The notes under the pieces are model-generated. The model did no database searches and was not told the DNA's origin. It was given only the letters and a program-made list of their open reading frames with translations. From positions 1,674,001 to 1,738,000 of the forward strand of contig JAQGDQ010000003.1 of the NCBI GenBank assembly GCA_030141605.1: 64,000 bases of DNA. The letters run 5' to 3'. This stretch comes from Tubiluchus corallicola. Taxonomy: Eukaryota; Animalia; Priapulida. The translations under genes were made by a program, and so were the position numbers. Below, one piece after another: positions 36,444 to 63,397 of this stretch (positions are counted from its first letter, which is position 1; each line of letters begins with the position of its first letter).

Positions 36444-39400
36444 CATAGCTATCATATATGTGCCTATTTGTAGCTATATATACATATATGATAACTAACC
36501 AACCAAGCAACCGACCGAAACGAAACAAACTGACTTGACAATTATTTGACAAATCAACAAACCGATCGATTCAATCATTTATTTACTTGCTTCTTCGACT
36601 ATTTTTGATTAGTTTACGTAGTTGCTTTTTACTTATTCGATCCTTCATTTATTCATCCACTCAGCAGTCTTAGATTTCTCTCTTCGTTAAAGTTTAATAA
36701 TAATTGCAATGTTTTTTCACAAGCAACACTTTTCATTGCAGTATGTACCGTGGCAAAAAAGAACTTATGGCACAGATGGCACTCCAGTGTATTCCGGAGT
36801 CGTCTTTGAAATTCTCGAACAGTGTGCGCAAGCTTTGAACTTTACGTAAGATAAAATTCTTCTTTTTAAATGCGATTAACCGGGCTCAAATGCAAATTAA
36901 TTATCCAATTTGCATGATTCAGCGAGCCACTCAATAGTCGACCAGCTAAGAAAAAATAAATAAATAAAAATTTATTTGCAGTCAATCGATCAAAACTAAC
37001 AAACAAAATAATCTGCTCTCCAAGCAATCAGTCAGCTAATCAGAAATAAGCAAACGAACAGATCAACAAACCAGATCACCAACCTTGGCAAAAAGACGGG
37101 CAGCAATCATGTAAAACAAACAAACAAATAAACAACAAATGAACGAACGAACTAAAAAACAAACATGCAGGCAAACAGATAAACAAACAAACAAACAAAC
37201 AAACAAATGCAAACATACAACAAATAAAACAAACAAGGAACAAGCAAACAAACGCACATACACATGCAAATATATAATTCGTTTGTGTTTACGCTTTGTA
37301 CATTAGAGCAGTATAGTTAAAGAAAAAATCGTCCACTAGAAATTAATGGGTCGAATTTTACGCTACTCTAACAGATTTGTTTAGGTATGACGTTGTCATC
37401 CAGGAAGATGATATCTGGGGAGTACCATATGAAAATGGCTCTTTTAATGGCATGATTGGTGTTTTAGAGAGAAAGGTAAGCATATTAAAGTATAATTTAC
37501 GTTGTTATCTAAAGAAAACTAAAACACTTAGCATAATTAGTGGCCACGTGACACCATCTTTTTAAATATTTTTATAATTTTTGAGGCATGTGGAAATCAA
37601 AGCTAAAGTTTAAGGAATATTCAGAAATAACAATGCAGCGTGCTATTTCTGTGTCTCCAGCTTCCTAAAACCCAAGCAAACAGATGACAAAATTTATATA
37701 TTGAAGCTTCCTGCAGTGAAATGTGATGATAAACAGCAGTTTATTTTGAATTAACAACAACACCATAAATGAGCGTTCTATTTGTTCACCTGCAGTTATA
37801 TCTGAATGCTGTACAGAGGTGTTATTCTTTGCTAACGCTTATTCTAACACTGAGCACTGTTATTCATCACGAAATTGAGTAAGATAAAATTAATACACTT
37901 GATCGATACCATTTAATGCGGTTCTTACAGGAAGCCGACTTGGGTGCTGGGGCATTCACCATCAATTATGAGAGGCAAAAAGTTGTAGATTTTACTCCAG
38001 CGTTTTGGGAAGATAAGAATGCATTTTTGACTAACTATCCCATGTTGAAAAATCGGTCTCTGCTGATATTCTCTCCATTTACACCTATGGTAAGTGATCA
38101 TGATTACTTTCAATAAACAGACAAATACGCTGAAATGACAAGGTAAAATAGACCAAGATATTTGCAAAGTAGGAAAAGTCGGACGAAAACGTAGTACCTC
38201 CACAAGATATCACCCTGCACCCTGCAAATTCGTAGCACCCTGCAAATTCCCCAGAATAACTTAGTCTACAGAAAACTGTGGGTGAATGGCAGAGTTTTAA
38301 ATTACATGAACAACGAGAACAAGACCGCTTTACGGCGAAATAGACCTATGTATTAGAGTTACATCGCAAACAAGTAAGTTACCCAAAAAGTTTAATGGTG
38401 TTTTGTTTTGATAGGTTTGGTTAGCTTTTGGGATAACTGCAATCGTGTTTGGACTATCACTGTACATATGTAACAAATATTCGACTTACTGTAATCCTGT
38501 GTCTAAGAACTCTGGAAATCAAAACCTTGAACGCTGCATTCTGTTAAGCGTGAAAGCCCATTTACGGCAAAGTAAGTCGCTTCTTTTCATTAGGTATCTG
38601 TGGCTATATTTGACGCACCTGTAATAAATGGTTTAACTGAAAATTTATATAATTTTTTTTCATTAAAATTAACATTAATAATTTGTGATGTAATATCAAC
38701 TTGCAATATGGCACACAACAGCAAAACTTTTTGGGTTTTGTTTTTCATACACATTAGCTTTTTAACTGCTAACATCAGTTCACTTTCTTCTACAGAAGTT
38801 TCCATTTTGTTTGATAAATTTTGATACGTAAAGAAAAATTCGGCGAGCTAAAATAAATCTATACTTAAACTAAAACGCGAACATGTGATCTACAATTTTC
38901 GTCTCATCTCGTAGAATCAGCAGAAACTAAAACCCTGATGCTGGTGGAAGTACAGCAGCTATTTCCATAAGCCATTCATGTATAAACTTGATTTATCTCT
39001 CTGCTGCTTTTTAATTTATTGCTTTTTTTAATTTTTGAAGAAAATTAACTAAAAATAAAATGTTTAAAGGTAGTCTCGATTCACCAGTAGTAACGAGCTG
39101 AAATTTGAAGGGTATTACTTTTTATTATATTGATTAGATCAATCATCATTTTTGGCCCCGCTGTAAAGAAAAAAACTAATATGAAACAAGAACACGAGAG
39201 TAAAATGCCATGGCAAATACTTATATAGGAGAAAATGTGATAAAGAAGAACTGACTAGTACGATACAAAGAGTGGTACATAACGTTACATCATGGTTAAT
39301 AATTCGACGTCTAGCTTGAGACTACAATAAAGTAATATTTTAATCTAACATTTTAAACTGTACTATCGTTATCTTATTAGACTATAATCAGCAATATTTT

Positions 39401-42400
39401 AGCTATTATGCACTTATGCGGAAAATATATGTGTACGCACAGACAGTATTATATCTACAATAAAGTTCAGTGTGAACTTTTTCTCTTGCCACAGGCTAGT
39501 AAAACATAATGCACAGACGTTTTATACCTACTTGATTACAGTGTATAGATGTAAAGTTGTTCATCCTGACAGAGCTAAGCTTAGCTTTAAAGATGTTAAA
39601 TATAGTGCGTAATTATACTCGCTTAATGTAGTATGTAATTACAGCAAAAAAGAAAAAGGCTTATTACTCAACTTCGGTCTTGCTGCGTGCGAATTTCGAC
39701 AGTTCTGATATACTTACTGTAAACGGCAAAATTAGTACGCGTTGGAAATGTTTGCGAATTTTGCGAAATTAAATTATAGTATTTCCTTATAGTATACGAG
39801 GCACATTAAATATACTCGTATTTGTGTATCACGTGTAAATTATAATAAGATTCAAAAGTTGCAAATTAAACATAGTTATGGAGCTCTGGAAAACCAAAAA
39901 GTGAACGTAAAAAAGTTTGTGCTAAATCAGCTTTTAAATGTAGCTTAACTAAATTAGAATTGTGCGATACATTAGTAAATTTAAAACTTGAACAGAATCA
40001 AGAAAATTAATTACTGTGGTGTAAAAGTAACAAATTAATTTAAATACGCCAATGTTTCTTTGAACTATAGAATTTGTAAACCACAATCATTATGAGTATT
40101 TTCCATTTTTTCCCATTTTATTTATTGAAAGGTGATACACGTGTTCCTCGGTGTAAACCTGCAGAAATTTTGACAGCAATGCTTTGGCTGGCATTAATTT
40201 TTGCGTACACATTATACACTGGGATTTTGACTTCTGCTTTGTCAATCGTGGAGCGCACACCATCAGTCAGAAATATTCAAGATCTGCTGGACAGCAAACG
40301 CGACTTTGGAGTTGTGAAGGGAATAGCCCTGGAGTCGCTGTTAATGGTTGTTTTTAAATTTGTAGCATAATAAATATTTTACACCATTTGTGTTTATGAA
40401 GCAAATATAGTGACGCATCAAAAGTATTTGTACTTCACATAGAATTGGTACTAGGAGACACTGAATATATGTGGTAGTGTAACACTTAAATTTTTAATGT
40501 TGACTAGACCCTAAATCCTGCAGCTTCTTATAATCAAGAATTGATCATTGATTAGTTCCATTAGTATTAATAATTAATCGCCATTTCTGTATTTCTGGGG
40601 GTAAATCGCGAGTTTAGTGAAGATTAGCAAAGAGGTAAACATACCTAAATAAGTTAGCCGCCCAAATGGCTTCAGCCTTATCTGTCTTTGGATGTCTACC
40701 ATATTTGTCTATTACACGAGTTAAGTAGTCAGCAGACAGAATTATAAATTTATACTTATCCCTGTTAGCTTTTACATTGTAGTTTTCCAGTCTATCAAAT
40801 ACGCCTGATAATGTACTATGATCCTCCGCTCAGAAGCCTCTGTCTTCATTAGCACATTTGACTCAACAGTTTTAACTAAATTTTTCTCAACATGCTTCCT
40901 CAGAGCATATGCAACTGGTCTAGGCATATGAAAATCGGGTTTCTTATTAGACCCTTCTGGCAAAGTTACATCAGCCTTAAAACCTTTAATGGGCACAACA
41001 TGCTTTAAAAACAGACATATTAATCTAATAAATAGAGAGTGTTTCTCTAATAAACTGGACAGCATTGTTGTATTTTCGTAAAAGGAGAAAATTTCATTCC
41101 ACTTTAATTTTTCAAATAATTGCACCAAGCTCAGGGATAAAAATCACACCAAGCTCTTGTTTTTTTCATTACTCCCACAAGGGGCTCTGTTTTGGGGCTC
41201 GTTATAGTGCAGACAGCACTACTTAAAAAAAGTTGAGAAATTACAGATTGCGTCTGCTCAATTTAGAGCTAGGTCATCAGATGTCTTTTGCAGTGATTGC
41301 TAATTAATTGAACTTAATTAATTGATTGCGAAGTTACACTATAATAAAAATCTCATAACATATTAATTAACCTTACATTTAACGGCAGGCTTTATCAACC
41401 AACTATACTTAATCAACTATACGAAATTTCATTTAAAACTCACTAAAAATCTCGTCCATCCATTTGCTCATCATCAGCATCATCAACATCTAGGTGCTTC
41501 TACGTTCCAAAACATGTCACGCCCTATCTGTTACCATGCACTCCTGTCCAACCTCATTGCCGACAATGCATCAAATCTAGAGTTGCGTTTACTAAATTTT
41601 AATCTTTTTGCATATGTATTTATAACGTCAGTAGCTGACCTTCTCGGTTTTTCTGTCGTTTCAAGAAAAGGAAGAGGAGACTCTTGATGTAGTCTTGTAA
41701 TCCCATGTAATCTTCCTACTCAGATTTGTTTCCAAAGATTCTTCTTCACCACGTTATCCAGATCATCATTGGATAGTAATTAAGTAATTCTTAGTAATTT
41801 TCTACAGAGGCGACTTTGAAATGCGCAAATTTCCCTTTTCTGCTTAAGAATTTCAAGATGGCCAAAGTATGTATCCTATATTTGGCAAATCTGGTGCGAA
41901 ATACACGTTAAAAGTACTAAAATCTTATAAACCATAATCTAAAATCATTTATAGTTATCTACAATTTTGTTAAAAGACACTGCGCGTATACAACTTTCTT
42001 TGGCGATTTGTTTGGCGCTGTTTCCGCTAAAATTGCTCATCATGAAACTTGACATTTTGCCATCGATATCCAATTTTAATACTCTAGTAATGCCTATAAA
42101 TACTGTAAAATTCAACGTTAGATAAACGGTTCCAGTGGGGCTGCTTTGACATAAATTTGTGTTGTTTGATAAATATTTAAACTACTATTTTTTGTCAATA
42201 ACTAATAGTACTCTTTTTATCCCTTACTGACAGAATACTCGTTCAGGGCGTCTCAAAGAACTATGGGATTCTGCTTACAGAGAAAGAATACCGTTTAATT
42301 TTTCACATATGGTTCCACAAGTATCTTCTGGAGACCTCGTAATAATTCACGAGAAAACAGGTCTAATGAATTACGTCTGGGAATATCAGCAGTCTGGTCA

Positions 42401-43677
42401 ATGTTCTCTGAGCCTGGTAGATTCGGAAGAATTCCCCAAGTTTGGCCTTGGATTCGCGTTACCAAAAGGAAGCCCATATTTGGAACCGATAAGTACCATG
42501 TATGATCATAAAATTCTAATAATAACGGCAATTTTCTCTGCGTGTCTCTCTGTTGAGAACAAAATGCTTTTATGGGATTTCTTCATTCTGTCCGTCCGCC
42601 TGTTGAGATGATGATGACGACTATGATGATGATAATAATTATATAAATGATGTTATTTACAATACATCTACGTAAACTTGTTACTTCGAATAATTCGCGT
42701 ACTTGGTCTATACCATTTTCGAGTTTTTGACGCGATCTCCTGCACGGAGAAACAAGTTCAGCATCTTTTGCTTTTCACACAGGAAGTTGAGGGTTCAGTT
42801 CCACGGCTTTCTATGAAATTCTTTCTTACTCAAGTCAAGGTAAATGATGTTCGTTATGGAAAATCGCGTAGTTTAATTTTTAGCTGCCAAATCAACCTTA
42901 CTTTTTTAAAAGTATCCCATCACGAAAGTTAGGACCATTTAACGATTTGGTAAAGTATTGAGAAAAATTATCTAAATTTCATCTGTAGACTGGACATCAC
43001 TATGCCGTGAAGAAAAATAAGTCATAAAATGGGCCATTTCCAAATGAATTATTTTTGTTGTCGTTGCTCACTTTTATCTGTATAACTTATTTAACTATTA
43101 ACTTATTCTGCACAGTTACGAAAATTGAGACAGTTCTACGCCTGTGCTTATGAAGTATATGGACGCTTAAATAGTTTTAAATAAGGTGCTATTATGTATA
43201 AGCTATTAGGATAAGCTACTAGTTATGTAAACATATTAGGAGACAGTATCTAAATAAGTTTAATACGTTTAAATTGTGCTTTGAAATTTGAATTACGTTT
43301 GATATTTAACAGGTGCGCAATTCAAGTGTTTTTATTTCAATATTTTCTTCATCTTCTGTGTGCTTAATGATAGCCGTGTAATGGTGCGTTTATTTAAAAC
43401 GGACCCAAATTAGATCATATAAAGATCAGTTACCCGGATGTGACGTATATATAACTTTTATTATAATCAATAAACTAACTAACTAATTGTGTTAGTTAAA
43501 ACACAATTAGTATGCCTAAAAAAACAAATACGTAAACCAACGTGTAGCAGCTTTTCTGTAAACGGTCTGTACATGTATAAGGTATATACAAAGTCTGTAA
43601 ATCTATAGAATTTTCTAACACTATCAGAATTTTCTTATACTGTATGCTGTATATAAAATTACTTTATGCGTCTTCTT

Positions 43678-43719
<42 letters not shown>

Positions 43720-44578
43720 GGTGATGTAGCTGTTTTTGTTTGACAATTGACGGGTTTCCTTTTATGGAACTTTATATAAAAATGTTGTCGTTCGGTCAAT
43801 TAACTGGCATACAGATGCAATCGCACCTTTTAAACGCACATTTCAATTGCTTTACATTCTGTCATAGAAGTACTGAAACATAAAGCCTATACTGGTACAT
43901 TTCTGACTCTACAGGTTTTAGCTGGAACTTGGGAGCCAGCCGAAATTGTTTCACGTAAGGCTCACTCCTCCTAATGCCGGCCCTGAATGCAGAATATTAA
44001 GTGGCGTATGGCCCGAGGAGTGCATAGAAAGTTTAATTTGTCGTTTCATGAGATGAATGAGCTATAAGGTGGGCATTTACAGAGGTTTTACTGTTTGCGG
44101 TGCATTGACATGAGATAGTCAATGAGCAGGATTTGTGACTGAGCATGACCATGCATTGAGTCAAGCACACTTTCTTGAACCTAGGTTTAGCTAATAAAGA
44201 AATGATTTTTCTTGCAGGATGTTACGATTGCAACAGACTGGTCATATCGAGAAGTGGCGTCAAAAATTCTGGCCTGTTAAAACCAAGTGCTCGCAGATAA
44301 AAAACAAGAAACCAGGAAACCAGGCAGTCAGCATCACTGATTCACAGGGGGCGTTCTACATTGTTCTACTTGGTTTCGTGTGCGGATACGCGTGCTTCAT
44401 TATTGAGATTATTCACAAATTCCATTGTAAGAAATTTCATTTTACTAGCGATGGAAACAAAGAAAAAGCTGACTTTAAATTAGACGATGCCATTAGATAC
44501 CTTCAATACGTGGTAGAACTAGTATTTCATGACAAGGCACGGTTAAAAACTCGTGATAGTAAACTCAATGTCTTTTAA
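36213..44578 (+). CDS. Variant ionotropic glutamate receptor (IR-like, no amino-terminal domain); ~467 aa, 8 exons
   Basis: Exons 36213-36263, 36742-36845, 37385-37475, 37931-38089, 38415-38571, 40132-40346, 42234-42499, 44218-44578 (1404 nt, in frame). S1: GKRLKVIT, YSGVVFEILEQCAQALNFTY, WG..NGSFNGMIGVLERKEADLG, TINYERQKVVDFT. M1: FSPFTPMVWL. M3: LYTGILTSAL. S2: GLGFALPKGSPY, LQQTGHIEKW. M4: QGAFYIVLLG. A further 5' exon is possible. Confidence 0.9.
36345..36440. repeat. (TC)n(TA)n microsatellite
   Basis: Directly visible. Confidence 0.95.
37113..37255. repeat. Degenerate (AAAC)n tetranucleotide tract
   Basis: Directly visible. Confidence 0.85.
40590..41150 (-). mobile_element. Internally deleted Ty3/Gypsy pol relic in IR intron 6
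   Basis: ORF 40772-41128 contains IKGFKADVTLPEG..KPDFHMPRPVAYALRKHVEKNL..NVLMKTEASE (protease-RT linker, RPVPYAL-like). It then jumps to KANRDKYKF..ADYLTRVIDKYGRHPKTDKAEAI (RT C-terminus). Confidence 0.75.
41465..41860 (-). mobile_element. RTE-like LINE 3' fragment with (GAT)n tail
   Basis: Minus translation ICAFQSRLCRKLLRI..SNDDL...DRSAW, followed by GATGATGCTGATGATGA. Confidence 0.5.
43681..43717. repeat. (AT)n microsatellite
   Basis: Directly visible. Confidence 0.95.
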
Positions 44579-44915
44579 TTATTTACAGTTAGTGAGGAAA
44601 TAGCTTACAGAGCGCACTACATGCAGTAAACTCTTTGCTCTATTTGAGTCAGTTGTAGGGCAAATGGTAACTATACCTATGTAGTTTTTTATGTAAAGTG
44701 GGTAGTTTTATTAGAATGTCACTGTAATGTTTAACGACATGGCACAACAAGAACACAAATAATTCCATATGTACATACATATCTAAAAATTTAATTCTTA
44801 TGACAAAAAAATTAAATTTGACATTTCTTTTCCACACTGCTAAGCGCATGTGATGTGCAAATGTTGCCATTGTAAATACGACTCTGTAAATATTTCACAT
44901 ACATGAAACAATAGC

Positions 44916-44921
44916 AATAAA
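44916..44921 (+). promoter_or_regulatory. Candidate polyadenylation signal of the IR gene
   Basis: AATAAA ~340 nt after the stop codon. Confidence 0.4.
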
Positions 44922-46027
44922 GATAAATATTGCAGTTATAATTAATTTAATCACCCTGTTACCCAAATATTTTTCTTCTGTGTAAATTCCATACTGCATT
45001 ATTTAGTATCAAAAAATGAAACAAATCAAGATACCTTGATATCCATGTCAAGAACATTGTAAGACCTTTGAGTCTTCACAGGTGCCCTGTGTAGTAAACC
45101 TATAAAAATGTATCAAACCTTACCTGAAGACAAGAAGATTGTTAACAAAGATTTCAGTTTGCGTAAATGTAACATGATTTTTGCTTGTTTGATGGGCTTA
45201 ACTTAAAAGCATAGTAGCGAAAAAAAATTCTAAATAAAACATCTCACACTATGCACAATGAACGCATTCACATATTCATTTATCAAACTTCAAAAACGTT
45301 GAATCTTGTTGATGTTAAAGTACAAGCAAGAGACTTGTGCATGAAATCTATCAACAATCATTAGAGTTTACACCTTTTCTCAATAAAATGAACAGATATA
45401 AAACTACTGTACCACAACAATAACTGCTCACAGTAACAAGTTATTACAGATAACAAAAAAAATTATACAAGACCTGCATGATAGTCTGTTTGTCAATAAA
45501 TAGGAGAACGTAAGTAACAGATACTGTACAACGTCATATAAATTATTGTATGACTCTATAAGCTATGTAGTAAAACCTAAAATCGATCAACATCGGTATA
45601 ATTGTAACACAAATACATTAATAAAATAAAAGGCAATGGCATCAAGAGCGATGTTTAAAGATACCCTTTGCAAAACAGAGCAACATTTAAGTGCCATCAT
45701 GCTGCAAGCTTTGCAATTTGTTATTATACTACAATGCATATAAATTATTACATTGCACAACAGCAGTACATTCTCTAAAAGTCTAATGGTAATACTCTCA
45801 GCAGAGCAAATCTAGGCTCGCCTGAAAGAGACAATTTCATTTCTTTATCCAATTTCAATATAACTCTGTTTTTTACTCACTCATTTAATGCTAATAACAG
45901 TATCGAGTTTGTGCACACACTGTAAAAAGCAAGTGAGCCTGCTGCTCATACTGAAAAAGACAGTAAAAGAAAATGTTCCATTCTCTATGGTGCTAAAGAA
46001 ACTACGATTTTTGTTTTCAAGATTATA

Positions 46028-46455
46028 AGGACCAAGACCAACTCAGTGCACACCCAGTGAAAGCTGTTTGCACTGATATTAGAACCAAAACCAGGCCGAG
46101 TGCCGACTCAACCAATACTATTTATACTATTTACCAGAACCAAGACCAAACGATGTTCAGACACAAATGCTGCTTACACTGATTTCCAGAACCAAGGTGG
46201 AGGTGAGTGCGGACCAAGTGAACGCTGTTCACACTGATTACCAAGACTAAAACAGTACCACAGGACTAGAAACCCATTCACTGAGTCCGCACTCAGTGAA
46301 AGTCGTTTACACTGATTACAAGAACCAAGACCGTACCAAGTGAGGACATGGTGAATGCTGTATAAACTAAATACCAGGACCAAGACCAATCTAAGTGTGG
46401 ACACAAATGCCATCTGTTTACGCTAATTACCAGGACAAAGACCAGGCCAAGTTAC
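46028..46455. repeat. Degenerate ~54-bp minisatellite, about 8 units
   Basis: Core CTGTTTACACTGATTACCAG(A/G)ACCAAGACC recurs. The AG(A/G)ACCAA part starts near 46028, 46081, 46136, 46188, 46243/46262, 46321, 46376 and 46432. Confidence 0.85.
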
Positions 46456-47081
46456 ACTTCCATCCATTTTCTATACTTATACTTTAAATTCCAAAAATGT
46501 GTATACTCTGCTAGCCTAGTACAAGCCTGCTTCACTGCAAATCATTAAAATGACTTGGTGAAGTTGTGTAAAAGTAACAAATTATATAGCCAAAATGAAA
46601 AATACCCTCTGAACAACTCAGCTTAGCTAGTAGAACAACATAAACACATTTCAAATCAGAGTTAGTCTAACTGCCAGCCAGCACAGTTCAAACAACTTTT
46701 CAGACTGAGTATGAATTTGTTCGAATATGACACTTGTCCGATTACAATCAAATAAATATAAGCCACTCTTCAAATGATTTCCAAGTTTCTTTAATGGTTT
46801 CACTAAAAGTCAGAAAAGTTATCTAGGCATGTTTTGATTAGCATAACTAAATGACAATGACAAACAAACTACTTTCCTTGACTCAAACACAACTAATCAG
46901 TGCATTATGGTACATGCCAGTTCAACCGTAATTGAATGACAATTGAGTTGACGTTAATGATGATGCTGTTTGTCGTGTACAATCAAATATGGCAGAATGT
47001 AATTCAGGTGCAACTGAAAACACAAGCAAAATGAAAGATCTTCAAAATTCACTTTTAAGCGAAAAACATACAGAAAACTTA

Positions 47082-47304
47082 AGTGGCGTTTACATAGCAT
47101 CCAGAAGCGGATGCATTTGGGGGTGTAGAATAGATAAAATCAGTTTATATTGTTATCAATGCACCCATTTATGCAGACTGCGCATGCATTATTCTTTCTC
47201 TGCAGTCTTTCTACATCGATTGTTTTCTACAGATTATTCCGCAGGTTGTTCCAAAGATGGAAAACGCATCCTCATATGTATCTGGCCGCTACATAAATGC
47301 CACT
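47082..47304. mobile_element. MITE copy 2 with intact TTA target-site duplication
   Basis: TTA|AGTGGCGTTTACATAGC...GCTACATAAATGCCACT|TTA; internal ATAAAATCAGTTTATATTGTT.TCAATGCACCC shared with copy 1. Confidence 0.85.
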
Positions 47305-47948
47305 TTAGACAGTCATTTTACTGCTTAACTAAGCTGATACAGACCAATAATGTATACAGAGGAATAACATTTTTGTTTGATTACTACTGAGCAGTCTAAC
47401 AAAAGAATGTAATCATTATACAGAAGAGCAACAAAATTTGTATGTGATGCCTTTAAATGTCATGTCAATTAGGACTGATTCACTTTCAACATAGACGGTG
47501 AACATGGTCAGTTTTTATTCAATTTTCTTCATCTAAATATTAACAATCCATGTGTATAAGGTATAAAAGACAACTTTACAAACAGGCATTGCAATACTAA
47601 AATTACAAACTACACAATATGCATGGTGAAAGGCATACATAGTTTGTGTAGTAGTAGTAGTGACATTCTACACATGCCATATAAGAATACAAACTATTCT
47701 GCCATACCAAAAAACTCAGCAATGTTTCAATTATCTTTAATCCTGAAGTCAAGTTAGCAAAGAAAAACATCACAGTTACGTTATCATAATGTAGGCAACA
47801 CAAGAAAACTGAACACTTGCTTATACAAAAATAATAACAAGGCAGAGATGGTTACGTTATCTGCAATACCAGGTGCCAGAGTACTTGACTAAAAAAAGGA
47901 ATAGCTATGGCAGATGTCAAACTTGTTGCATTATCTTGCATATATCTA

Positions 47949-48030
47949 GCACATTCCTGTCCAAACAGGAAAAATATCTTTGTGAATGCACCTTTCTGTC
48001 CAAACAGGAAAAAATTTCTTTATGGAATGT
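47949..48030. repeat. ~39-bp tandem duplication
   Basis: GCAC.TT.CTGTCCAAACAGGAAAAA..TCTTT.TG occurs twice. Confidence 0.75.
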
Positions 48031-48794
48031 TTCGATGCACTTGAAAATTAAAAATGCTTTAGGTTTCTCCCTAGTGATGTCTGAGAGGAATCATAGATTT
48101 AAATGGTATGCATTTGCAGGAGGAGATTGCTAGTCTGCATATCGAACAGTGCTTTAAAAATGCAAGTTGCTCAAAGACTGTTTTTGCCAAACATGTGAAT
48201 GCAGTTGATGTATTGAACAAAATGGTCCCATTGTTTGCCATGCAACAGACAATAGAATTTGTATTAGAACATGGCACCCATTGTTGCCTCACTATTTAAC
48301 TGAGGATAATAGCTCTCTCTGTGCACAAGGCTAGCAATTTCTCTCTGTGCAGGCATGTCATTTAAATCTATGAAAAAGAATTCTTGCTGGATTTATTGTG
48401 ACCATAAAGCACAAAAACATCTGTAATGGTTGCCAGACTCTTGACCTGCGGGGCCGCTTAGGTGACACTTTGCAACACTGACAGTTCTGCTGTTACAATG
48501 TTTCCAAAGTTTTCCTGATTAGGGACTACTTATTCACTACTGTAAGCTAAGTGAGCTTCTTTAGACTTTGACACTGCATACATTACTTCTCCATAAAAAA
48601 AAATATGATCATAGTACACAGAGTGACTTCCACATATTTCAGGAACATCACACTCTTCACAGAGTAAAACACTTGCACCACCATCGCATGTTCAGCCACA
48701 CAAACATTAGTGATTGTCTTGTACTGCTAGCTGGTGTTAACATGCGATATTACATCTGAGCTTGTAATTCTATGTGAAAAGGGCTTTACATAAA

Positions 48795-63397
<14,603 letters not shown>

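Noticed and set aside
46028-46455. CRISPR array
   Set aside because: Repeats are degenerate, spacers are homologous to one another, no cas genes are present, and the context is eukaryotic.
46989-47390. 133-aa ORF
   Set aside because: It runs through the MITE and has no protein-family features.
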